In this document: one piece after another, positions 37,209 through 45,210 of the stretch
Numbering within the stretch: the first letter of the stretch is position 1
Layout: the number at the start of each line of letters is the position of its first letter
Notes under the pieces: generated by a model
The model's input: only the letters and a program-made list of their open reading frames with translations
What the model was told of the DNA's origin: nothing
Database searches by the model: none
Position numbers and translations under genes: made by a program
Virus record (IMG/VR): IMGVR_UViG_2711768053_000020
Span: 1-45,210 of that record
Length of the DNA: 45,210 nt
DNA from: a virus
Lineage: Duplodnaviria; Heunggongvirae; Uroviricota; Caudoviricetes
Strand: one strand, 5' to 3'

Positions 37209-38344
37209 CAATCAGGAAACACCGCCAGGACGAAACGATCAATATAACTTTCACCTACAAAGGAGTTAAATGCCGTGAGCCTCTTTCCAATCTGGAAGTA
37301 ACACCAAAGAACATTAAATACGCTGAGCGTACACTCGGCGAAATTCATAATAAGATCGAAAGGGGAACATTCATTTATGCGGAATATTTTCCCCGTTCTG
37401 CTCGTTTGAAAATTTTTGGTAATGCTGCCGCAGGCAAAACGGTAAAAATGTATCTGGACGAATATCTTGAAATCTGCGAAACGAGAAAACTTTCTCCCTC
37501 TACGATTGGTGGTTATAAAAAATGCCGTAGTGCGTTAGCCTCACTTCACATTTGTCCTGCAAGTGAATTAACACCAGCAATCCTGAAAGCGTGGATTCAA
37601 AATCAGAAAACGACCTTAAAAACAATTCGCAACCAGTTATCTTTCCTGCGGTCAGCACTTGATGAAGCCGTAACCGATGGGGTACTTCAAATTAACCCCG
37701 TATCGTTAGTAACTGCTTCACGCTACCAAAGTGATAAGTCAGAAGCAGAAAGCAACTACGTGGTTGATCCGCTATCACCAGCAGAAGTTGATGCATTACT
37801 AGCAGCTGCTGGAAATAAACAATGGGAGAATCTGTTCCGGTTCGCCATACATACAGGCCTGCGTAGTTCTGAATTATGTGCCCTTAGATGGCGTGATATC
37901 GACTTTGTTGGAAAAACTGCCCATGTCCAGAGCGCAAGTGTTGTCGGTGTTATCAAAGGAACAAAGACAAAAGCCGGTACTCGTAAAGTTGAACTGACAG
38001 AAGAGGCAATGTTGGCGCTGATAAATCAGAAGCCATTTACATTCATGAAGGATGCTACTGTCTTTGAAGATCCAAAGACAAACAAACCGTGGGCCAGCGC
38101 CGATGCGATAAGGAAAAAAGCGTGGATACCAACCTTACGTAAAGCAGGTATCCGGTACCGTAACCCATATCAGACCAGGCATACTTTCGCCACCAGCCAT
38201 ATCAGCCGTGGTGCGAACCTGTTCTGGCTTGCAGGCCAGATGGGCCATAAGGGACCAGAAATGCTATTTCGTCACTATGGCAGTTACCTTGCTGCATATG
38301 ACGGACATACCGCTAAAAATACTAATGATACAAAACAGGCATGA
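37169..38344 (+). CDS. int: tyrosine integrase (lambda-type site-specific recombinase)
   Basis: 391 aa; C-terminal catalytic region with R...HxxR...Y pattern (NPYQTRHTFATSHISRGANLFWLAGQMGHKGPEMLFRHYGSY). Confidence 0.9.
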   Translation: MGQTKLLKLPRGVTIRKHRQDETINITFTYKGVKCREPLSNLEVTPKNIKYAERTLGEIHNKIERGTFIYAEYFPRSARLKIFGNAAAGKTVKMYLDEYLEICETRKLSPSTIGGYKKCRSALASLHICPASELTPAILKAWIQNQKTTLKTIRNQLSFLRSALDEAVTDGVLQINPVSLVTASRYQSDKSEAESNYVVDPLSPAEVDALLAAAGNKQWENLFRFAIHTGLRSSELCALRWRDIDFVGKTAHVQSASVVGVIKGTKTKAGTRKVELTEEAMLALINQKPFTFMKDATVFEDPKTNKPWASADAIRKKAWIPTLRKAGIRYRNPYQTRHTFATSHISRGANLFWLAGQMGHKGPEMLFRHYGSYLAAYDGHTAKNTNDTKQA

Positions 38345-38639
38345 TGCTGCCCGAACAAATAGCCACTGAAACCTGATAAAAAGTTATTTGTGATGTGGTT
38401 ATGTTCGTCATATCCACATCATACATACTTAAACATAAGGCACTTTTTACCTTGCAAAAATTCGAACCAAGCATATATGTTATAGGTGAACTTGGTACTC
38501 AGGCAGCTGTCCTAGTACTAGGAACACGCGGGAAATCTTGGAGCCAGTACGTAGATTATGGTAAAATCCCGCGCCCCGTTTTGCGGGGAGCAATAAATGC
38601 CTCAAAAGGATACATTGGGGGGACTGAAAGGAGGTCTTT

Positions 38640-38888
38640 ATGTCAGAACTAGTCATGAAGATGTTTGGGCTGAATGATTTGGTCAAAGGCGGACAAGCCA
38701 TGGCCGATCGTTTGAACAAATCTGGTGTTAAAAACATCAAGGTCGTAGGGCGTGGTGCAGTTATTGTAGACCCATCTACTGACCCAGAAAAAATCACTCA
38801 GCTTAGGAAAGCAGCTAGAAAATTCGTCGAGCAGGATGCAAAAGCTGTTGCAGCCGCTAAAGCTAACTCAATGGACAATGACGACTAA
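38640..38888 (+). CDS. hypothetical small protein (82 aa)
   Basis: ATG preceded by AAGGAGGT; first gene of a two-gene AT-rich cassette. Confidence 0.5.
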   Translation: MSELVMKMFGLNDLVKGGQAMADRLNKSGVKNIKVVGRGAVIVDPSTDPEKITQLRKAARKFVEQDAKAVAAAKANSMDNDD

Positions 38889-38891
38889 CAA

Positions 38892-39710
38892 ATGTTTGCA
38901 TTGCTGATCATTCCACTTTTAGTAAGTGGATCCTTACTGGTTACATCGCCCCATAACATCAAATTATTCTATCGACTCCACCGTTACGACGGCCAGCTTC
39001 TCTATATGAAGGTGGCCACGTACGGTGTGTACTCGTTCATTGTTGCAGTCGTGCTGGCGTATGCAACCAAGTACTTTATACCAAGCCTTACACTGGTCAC
39101 ATGGGTATCACATCTTATTGATGGTAGTGCAGACCCTAAAGAAAACAGGATAACATCATGGCTCATCCTGCTATCAGTGGCGACTTGTGGAGTTGCTTTT
39201 ATTTGGTTGCAGATATGCAAATTTCGTATGTTTGTGGCAGCAAAAACTATTAGTTCTGCATCCAATAATGCAATTTCTATCAATTTCGCAAAGCAACTAA
39301 TCAGGCTTAATGAGTTGGAAAAACTGTTGTCTGATGGCTCACTTGGTCAGCTATTCTTTGATTCAGCGACTACAAACAGACCGGTACTGATAAGCCTGAA
39401 ATGCCGCAAAGTATATGTCGGAACAGTTAACATGATTAGTGAGCCAAACGAAAAACAAGGCCCTAACCTTGAAATTTCTATTAGCCCAATCATGTCTGGT
39501 TACAGGGACAAGGACACACTAAGGGTCCTGTTTTCAAATGATTACAACGATCTTGATGGAGTTGATACCAGTATCATATTTCCATTAAGTGAGGTTTCGC
39601 ATGCTTCTTGGTTCAATATGGATATACATGAAAAAGTAGACAATAACCGAGAGAAGAAACCAGAAACAAACCGCAAGAAAAAACGTAAATATGGCAGGAC
39701 TACGAATTGA
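38892..39710 (+). CDS. hypothetical membrane protein (272 aa)
   Basis: Starts 4 nt after the upstream stop; N-terminal half with several hydrophobic helices, C-terminal half soluble and basic at the end. Confidence 0.55.
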   Translation: MFALLIIPLLVSGSLLVTSPHNIKLFYRLHRYDGQLLYMKVATYGVYSFIVAVVLAYATKYFIPSLTLVTWVSHLIDGSADPKENRITSWLILLSVATCGVAFIWLQICKFRMFVAAKTISSASNNAISINFAKQLIRLNELEKLLSDGSLGQLFFDSATTNRPVLISLKCRKVYVGTVNMISEPNEKQGPNLEISISPIMSGYRDKDTLRVLFSNDYNDLDGVDTSIIFPLSEVSHASWFNMDIHEKVDNNREKKPETNRKKKRKYGRTTN

Positions 39711-39784
39711 TAGTAAAATATCCGCAAAAGAGCCGTAAGAACCAACTTTAAATTTTATTCGTTATAAATCAATGCATTGCAAAT

Positions 39785-39820
39785 ATTCGGACACGGGTTC
39801 AACTCCCGCCAGCTCCACCA
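39785..39820 (+). other. ssrA: tmRNA (ssrA) / tRNA-like 3'-end fragment ending in CCA; probable att remnant
   Basis: ATTCGGACACGGGTTCAACTCCCGCCAGCTCCACCA has T-arm, acceptor 3' strand and CCA, and from memory matches the 3' terminus of enterobacterial ssrA with one mismatch; no 5' portion of the RNA gene is present upstream. Confidence 0.55.
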
Positions 39821-39985
39821 CTTTTTAGTTGTTTGAAGTTCAATGAAGTCTACTAAGCCCACACAGCACAAGCTCTGCGGGCTTTTTTACGTCTATTGTC
39901 GTCCAGTGAGAATTGCTGAGAACTACGAGTTATGGCACCCTGAATGGGACCCATTAAGAAGGGTCCAAAAACCGAGGGTCCCAAA

Positions 39986-41215
39986 ATGGCAAAAATCGCT
40001 AAGAAGCTCACTGACACTGAAATCAAAAGCACCAAGCCAGCCGATAAAGAAATCAACTTGTTTGACGGTGATGGTCTGATTCTACGAATCGCTCCTTTGG
40101 CGAAAGGAGGCAAGAAAAATTGGTATTTCAGGTATGCAGTACCAGTGAGCAAGAAAAGAACCAAAATGAGCCTTGGGACATATCCTCACCTTACCCTTGC
40201 AAGAGCCAGAGCCTTACGTGATGAATATCTCTCCTTTCTGGCAAATGGTGTTGATCCCCAAATCCATAACAACGATAAGGCGAAGGCATTAAAGAGTGCT
40301 ACTGAGCACACTCTCCAAGCCGTAGCGCGGAAATGGTTAGATGAGAAGGTAAAGACATCAGGTATCTCACAAGACCATGCAGCAGACATCTGGCGCAGCT
40401 TAGAGAGAAATGTCTTTCCCGGTCTGGGTAATGTCCCTATCAATGAGATCCGACCTAAGCTCTTAAAACAACACCTTGATCCTATTGAGCAACGAGGCGT
40501 ATTGGAAACTCTACGCCGTATCATTTCACGTCTGAATGAAATCTTCCGGTGGGCAGCTACTGAAGAACTTATTGAGTTCAACCCGGCTGACAACCTTGGT
40601 CAAAGATTCAGTAAACCAAAAAAGCAAAATATGCCTGCCCTTCCCCCAAGCGAATTGCCAAGGTTTATGGAATCTTTGACGAATGCGTCAATCCGGTTGG
40701 AAACACGTATGCTAATTGAATGGCAATTGTTGACATGGGTTCGTCCGGGTGAAGCCGTTCGCGCAAGGTGGTCTGATATTGATACAACCAACAGCATTTG
40801 GAACATTCCTGCTGATTTCATGAAAATGAAAAAGCTTCACAAAGTTCCTTTGAGTAAAGAAGCTTTGCGCATCCTTGAATTAATGAAATCAATAAGTGGG
40901 CATAGAGAATGGGTTTTCCCCAGCATAAAAGCGCCTCTTAATCATATGCATGAACAAACAGCCAACGCAGCTATCATCCGAATGGGGTTCGGAGGCGAGC
41001 TTGTAGCTCACGGTATGCGTTCTATTGCACGAACAGCGGCAGAGGAGTCTGGTAAATTCAGAGCTGAAGTTCTTGAGGCAGCGCTTGCCCACTCGAAAAA
41101 AGATGAAATTATCGCAGCATACAATCGTGCAGAATATCTGATAGAGCGACAGAGTTTGATGCAATGGTGGAGTGATTACGTTCAAGCTCAAAGATCAAAT
41201 GCTCTGGTAGCCTAA
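39986..41215 (+). CDS. P4-type tyrosine integrase
   Basis: N-terminal MAKIAKKLTDTEIKSTKPADKEINLFDGDGLILRIAP...NWYFRY is the characteristic P4-integrase N-terminus; C-terminal ...AHGMRSIARTAAEESG...AALAHSKKDEIIAAYNRAEY catalytic region; directly downstream of the tmRNA-like fragment. Confidence 0.9.
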   Translation: MAKIAKKLTDTEIKSTKPADKEINLFDGDGLILRIAPLAKGGKKNWYFRYAVPVSKKRTKMSLGTYPHLTLARARALRDEYLSFLANGVDPQIHNNDKAKALKSATEHTLQAVARKWLDEKVKTSGISQDHAADIWRSLERNVFPGLGNVPINEIRPKLLKQHLDPIEQRGVLETLRRIISRLNEIFRWAATEELIEFNPADNLGQRFSKPKKQNMPALPPSELPRFMESLTNASIRLETRMLIEWQLLTWVRPGEAVRARWSDIDTTNSIWNIPADFMKMKKLHKVPLSKEALRILELMKSISGHREWVFPSIKAPLNHMHEQTANAAIIRMGFGGELVAHGMRSIARTAAEESGKFRAEVLEAALAHSKKDEIIAAYNRAEYLIERQSLMQWWSDYVQAQRSNALVA

Positions 41216-41253
41216 GTATCAGAATAGCTAATATAATCCTGAAGGTAAAGAAA

Positions 41254-41670
41254 ATGGAAACCCTATTCAAAGTTTTTGAAAAATTTAGTTCCAGACCACT
41301 TTTTTTTATTTTTTTCGGACTCTCACTTTGTGAATTTTTTCAGAAACAATCTGTTCTGATGAATCCATCAGCAGATAACATCGCGAAATTATTCGCAGCC
41401 ATGATATTAGTTGTTTTTTTTACTTGGGGATTTGAATGGCTAATCTTCAAGTTCAATGTAAACCTTGAACCTCATGATCAAGGCGATATTGGACCAACAA
41501 TTGGAACGGCTACTTTAGCTGTATACTTAGTTTATGCCTTTCACTTTCTCAGTGAAAATCCTGAAGCATTAAATTTAAAGTTATTAACTAACTCTGGCTT
41601 TATATACAGCACAACTCTATTATTATTCTCATTAGAATGCATGAAGCTTAGAAGACTTAAACAAAAATAA
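41254..41670 (+). CDS. hypothetical small membrane protein (138 aa)
   Basis: AT-rich ORF with about four hydrophobic segments, immediately after the integrase. Confidence 0.5.
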   Translation: METLFKVFEKFSSRPLFFIFFGLSLCEFFQKQSVLMNPSADNIAKLFAAMILVVFFTWGFEWLIFKFNVNLEPHDQGDIGPTIGTATLAVYLVYAFHFLSENPEALNLKLLTNSGFIYSTTLLLFSLECMKLRRLKQK

Positions 41671-41741
41671 ACAACATCATTGTGATGATAAATATAAAAT
41701 AGGCATGGCGAAAAAAAATCACCACGCCTAAAATATAATAA

Positions 41742-43508
41742 TTATGGTAGCATCATTGATACATAATCCACACCAATCCTTGAGCTATACTGAGACGCTA
41801 TAGCCTGATATCTTTCTGCATAACCAGTTCTCAGTTGAGATTTAAGTTTGAGTCGGACAGGAACATTTTGCACGTTGCCATCCATATTACTTAAAAACAC
41901 GGCAGAAATAATATTTTTTTCTTCGCCATCAACTGTTGTTCCATGATTCAACACCACCATATAATCAACAACAGGAAGCGTTTTATCCCCTTCGAAAATA
42001 GAGAGATATTTTCTTTGATTTTTATGCATTACATATATATATTTCGAATGTTCAGCAAATGGCAATGCTTTACTCTGACTGGCGTTAAAAAGCTCCAGAA
42101 CTTTAATGAGCCTGTGCGGACTTAATCTTACATGGTGAGGGTCGTTACCCTGAGTAGGAACCAAATCACATGCCGCAGATACACATAAATACCATTTGTT
42201 CGACTCTGTATCAAAGAAAATAGTGCCAGTAGAAATATGACCATCTTCAAAATTCTTTGAAGACAAATTCATATTTAAAGCATGATACATTTCGTGATAA
42301 GTATCATTATTTGATGGCAGATCCATTTTTGAAGAGCAATATTGGAGCAATGCAGCAACTCCGCTGTTAGCGTATTCATTTGAATAGCTATCAAAAACAC
42401 TTTTGATAAATTCATCCAGCGTATTATTATTTTTAAGTCTTTGATAAAGCTCTTCTGATAAATTACCAAATACAAAGTCAATATTTCTACATCTAATATC
42501 AGGCGAGTCTGATTTTAATATCTCATTTAACCACGCAGCTTGACCGTAATGATCGTTAGCCAAATGATTTACAAAAGATAAAGCCTCAGCTTCGATTGCA
42601 TTCTGAATTTCAGATTTTATTAACTGATAATAAGATGGTTTCCATTCAATGAGAGAATCATTGAGAGTTTGCCAAATCCTATCTCCATCGTTTTCATGAT
42701 CATCTTGAACCTTATGAAATAGGGAGACAAAGATATTACCACATTGAATCCATTTTACTCCGCTTTCATCACCCCGAATGACATTGCCAGATGTGTTGCT
42801 AGAAATAATTGCATTTCTAGACACAGCATATTCTGCAATCATTTTTGCAATGAAGTTTTTATCCTTTTGATCCTCCAACACAGCATCATCATGTATTAAT
42901 CTTTTAATTCTTCTACAAGGCTTACTGTCTTTAATATAGGCTATTGTTTCATCTCTTGTGAGAGCTTTATTACCATTATCATTTAAGTTCGGTAATACAA
43001 CGTCTTCCCAATAACTTTGGACATCTTCATTATCGTAGTCAATGATCAAGCTGTTGATATCCAGAGCACCTTTGAGAGTCGATGATATCTGCATCCAAAC
43101 CGTTTCTAAATTCTCTCTAGTATATATTACAATCATATTTAAATGATCGGAGTCTTTCAAATCTTGTAATAGTTTAAGTGTTTTATCAGGTGCATTATTA
43201 TCAAGATGATAATCTACAATAATAAGATCTGATTTTCTAATCCGATCCACATCGAAATTAACAGAACCATTGTCAACATCACAAATCATATTTTTAGATT
43301 GAAAAAAGCTCTCAAGAGTAGCGGCTCGTTTAGATGAGTCAATTTTGTTGTAGTCTAAATCAACTTCGTTATTCAACGCCCTGATTGATTCAGAATACGT
43401 CAGAAAATCGTCATCAATCATGACAACGGAACGAATTGCATTTTCGCAGAAAGTTTTCTGGACAAGAGAATTATAATTTGCCACTGTCATATTAGAACTC
43501 CACTCCAT
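41742..43508 (-). CDS. receiver (REC)-like domain protein with unassigned C-terminal domain (588 aa)
   Basis: N-terminal region has REC hallmarks in order: acidic pair (VVMIDDDF), putative phospho-acceptor Asp (DLIIVDYHL), conserved Thr (MIVIYT); about 400 further residues unrecognised. Start overlaps the upstream kinase gene by 17 nt. Confidence 0.7.
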   Translation of the reverse strand: MEWSSNMTVANYNSLVQKTFCENAIRSVVMIDDDFLTYSESIRALNNEVDLDYNKIDSSKRAATLESFFQSKNMICDVDNGSVNFDVDRIRKSDLIIVDYHLDNNAPDKTLKLLQDLKDSDHLNMIVIYTRENLETVWMQISSTLKGALDINSLIIDYDNEDVQSYWEDVVLPNLNDNGNKALTRDETIAYIKDSKPCRRIKRLIHDDAVLEDQKDKNFIAKMIAEYAVSRNAIISSNTSGNVIRGDESGVKWIQCGNIFVSLFHKVQDDHENDGDRIWQTLNDSLIEWKPSYYQLIKSEIQNAIEAEALSFVNHLANDHYGQAAWLNEILKSDSPDIRCRNIDFVFGNLSEELYQRLKNNNTLDEFIKSVFDSYSNEYANSGVAALLQYCSSKMDLPSNNDTYHEMYHALNMNLSSKNFEDGHISTGTIFFDTESNKWYLCVSAACDLVPTQGNDPHHVRLSPHRLIKVLELFNASQSKALPFAEHSKYIYVMHKNQRKYLSIFEGDKTLPVVDYMVVLNHGTTVDGEEKNIISAVFLSNMDGNVQNVPVRLKLKSQLRTGYAERYQAIASQYSSRIGVDYVSMMLP

Positions 43509-45210
43509 TGAACTGGATCACAAAATTAGCGCCATCTTTTATTAAATAGTTATCGCCTTCATCAGGTTCTGAATACCATATTTTATGATGTGCAACAGCA
43601 AGGTTTTCTCGACATAGATACAGACCTACCCCATGTCCATTTGCTCTTTTGCTATAAAATAGTTCAAATAGTCGCGGGATATCATCGGTATCAATTGCCG
43701 GACCAGAATTTGCTATGATAACCAAAGAATTCACAAAACCAATCTTTATGAGCCTATTATTTGACAGACTGACCCAATACATTGCATTGTTGATAATATT
43801 AGTAAAAACAGGATAGATCCTTGATGGTATATCTGTTATTGCGATTTGCTTAAACTCTTCACTAAATTCAATAGTTATTCGTTGCCGTTCGAAACGCTCC
43901 CCAAAGAACTTCAGGACATAATCCATGATATTTTTTCCAGTTATTCTCTGCCTGGATTGATAACCTGATATTTTCAAAGGTGATAAGAAACGTATTTGTT
44001 GAGTAAGCGATCTGTGAGCATTTAACGCCAATGAAAAACCAGGGTGTTCTTTTACAGAAGTAGGAAGAGAGTTTAGTCCTCTGGTTACCATAGAATCCAT
44101 TTCTTCAAGTTCATGAGATATTATCTCAACACTAATACCTAACTGTGCAAGCGCGTTTAAACTTTTAGCTTTTTCTTCAAAATATGAGCGTTCTTCTTCA
44201 GATAATGAGAATGCTGAATCTAAGTTTATACCTTCAAATAATCTATCGAGACCTTTTATTATTGATTGATATTTGAAAGTTAGGGTATCAACTGACTCAA
44301 CATATAAACTATCGAGCAAATTAAACACATTTTCAATTTGTGAATCATTATCTATTGAATCAACAACTGATATAGTTTTAGCATAATAATCACTTCGATC
44401 AACCTTTATTTCATCGGCCCATTTTTTTAAAAGAGAATGTATCTTCTCCTCTATCGTGTTATTAAACTTAGTTAGTTTAGAATTAATAATACCTTGATTT
44501 TTTTCAAGGTGATTTTTCGCTGACAATGAAGGCTCAAGTTTATTTAATTCAGAATCAAGTTTATTAATTGCTAACTTCATTTGTAGAATATACGCAGAGA
44601 ACTCATTAAATTTATCTCTGTAGTCTCTATATTTCTCTTCATACATTCCAAGTTTTGGAGGTTTGATAGGCGTTTTAATTTCACTGCGCAACGCATCTAA
44701 GTTTGTAAGATCACTGTCTATAATTTTAAGATAGTTTAAATCTAACGAACCATCAGTTTTATCAAGCTTAGTTTTCAGCCTTTTAACAGCCTCCAAGGAA
44801 GCATCAAGAACTGGTGTCTGATTCTTCAAAGCTTCTGAAAAACTTTTTTGTGTTGATTTTCGAGCTTGTTGTTGAGCAGATTTTCTTAACTCTTTTTCAC
44901 GCTTAACTTGTTCTAAAAGCTCTTTACGGTCATCAGAACGTGAACCAAAAAATCTATCAGCAAGTTCAGTTAACAAATTAGATATAATAGTTTTCAGTTC
45001 TCTTGCAGCCTGGTTTCTTATGAATCCCTCTCTCCCCGACTTATCTTTCAGCTCTTTATTACTGGATTGAGTAATTCCAATATAACCAAAAATCCTTCTA
45101 TTAGACCAATAATATCGCCCTGCATTCCATGAACGTCTTTCTTCTATCTGGAAGAAATCATTATCTACTCGACCATAAGGTAATACTCTCAAGCTATCCC
45201 TAAAAATCAT
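43492..45210 (-). CDS. cytoplasmic histidine kinase-like protein (572 aa)
   Basis: C-terminal core with H-box (ISHELEEMDSMV), N-box (NIINNAMYW), G1 (ANSGPAIDTDD) and G2 (GHGVGLYLCRE); about 380-aa N-terminal region is coiled-coil-rich with no TM segment. ATG coincides with the last window base. Confidence 0.75.
   Translation of the reverse strand: MIFRDSLRVLPYGRVDNDFFQIEERRSWNAGRYYWSNRRIFGYIGITQSSNKELKDKSGREGFIRNQAARELKTIISNLLTELADRFFGSRSDDRKELLEQVKREKELRKSAQQQARKSTQKSFSEALKNQTPVLDASLEAVKRLKTKLDKTDGSLDLNYLKIIDSDLTNLDALRSEIKTPIKPPKLGMYEEKYRDYRDKFNEFSAYILQMKLAINKLDSELNKLEPSLSAKNHLEKNQGIINSKLTKFNNTIEEKIHSLLKKWADEIKVDRSDYYAKTISVVDSIDNDSQIENVFNLLDSLYVESVDTLTFKYQSIIKGLDRLFEGINLDSAFSLSEEERSYFEEKAKSLNALAQLGISVEIISHELEEMDSMVTRGLNSLPTSVKEHPGFSLALNAHRSLTQQIRFLSPLKISGYQSRQRITGKNIMDYVLKFFGERFERQRITIEFSEEFKQIAITDIPSRIYPVFTNIINNAMYWVSLSNNRLIKIGFVNSLVIIANSGPAIDTDDIPRLFELFYSKRANGHGVGLYLCRENLAVAHHKIWYSEPDEGDNYLIKDGANFVIQFNGVEF

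Noticed and set aside
38440-38480. Possible tRNA gene near TTGCAAAAATTCGAACCAAGC
   Set aside because: The TTCGAA motif is not flanked by a pairable 5-bp T-stem or acceptor stem; no cloverleaf can be drawn. The only tRNA-like element found is the 3' fragment at 39785-39820.
38395-38652. ORF 38395-38652 (+) upstream of the 82-aa gene
   Set aside because: Overlaps the promoter, UTR hairpin and RBS of the downstream gene and has no RBS of its own; likely non-coding.
1-45210. Insertion sequences or transposase genes
   Set aside because: No ORF with transposase-like motifs and no terminal inverted repeats flanking a candidate were seen; mobility genes present are two tyrosine integrases and one serine invertase.

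Overview
The window is dominated by a ~33 kb temperate prophage (about 5.2-38.4 kb) built from three module types: lambda-like regulation, replication and lysis; an HK97-like head module; and a Mu-like contractile tail module that ends in an invertible tail-fibre segment with a Pin/Gin-type DNA invertase. Left of it lie a chromosomal-type umuDC operon with a LexA box, an AT-rich KAP-family P-loop NTPase, a group II intron 3' remnant, an SRAP pseudogene fragment and an unassigned 277-aa ORF. Right of the phage integrase are a two-gene cassette (82-aa protein plus 272-aa membrane protein), a ~35-nt tmRNA/tRNA-like 3' end that looks like an att remnant, and a P4-type integrase island. The candidate I rank highest for a novel system is in that island: a cytoplasmic histidine kinase translationally coupled to a receiver-domain protein with an unrecognised C-terminal domain, resembling a two-component defence module without a separate Hpt gene. 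Three AT-rich moron genes inside the prophage (Q-holin junction, Rz-HNH junction, cI-xis region) are secondary candidates. All calls rest on reading the sequence and ORF translations by eye; no database search or structure prediction was run. Coordinates of short motifs are approximate (about +/-2 bp), and GC/AT statements are visual impressions, not computed values.
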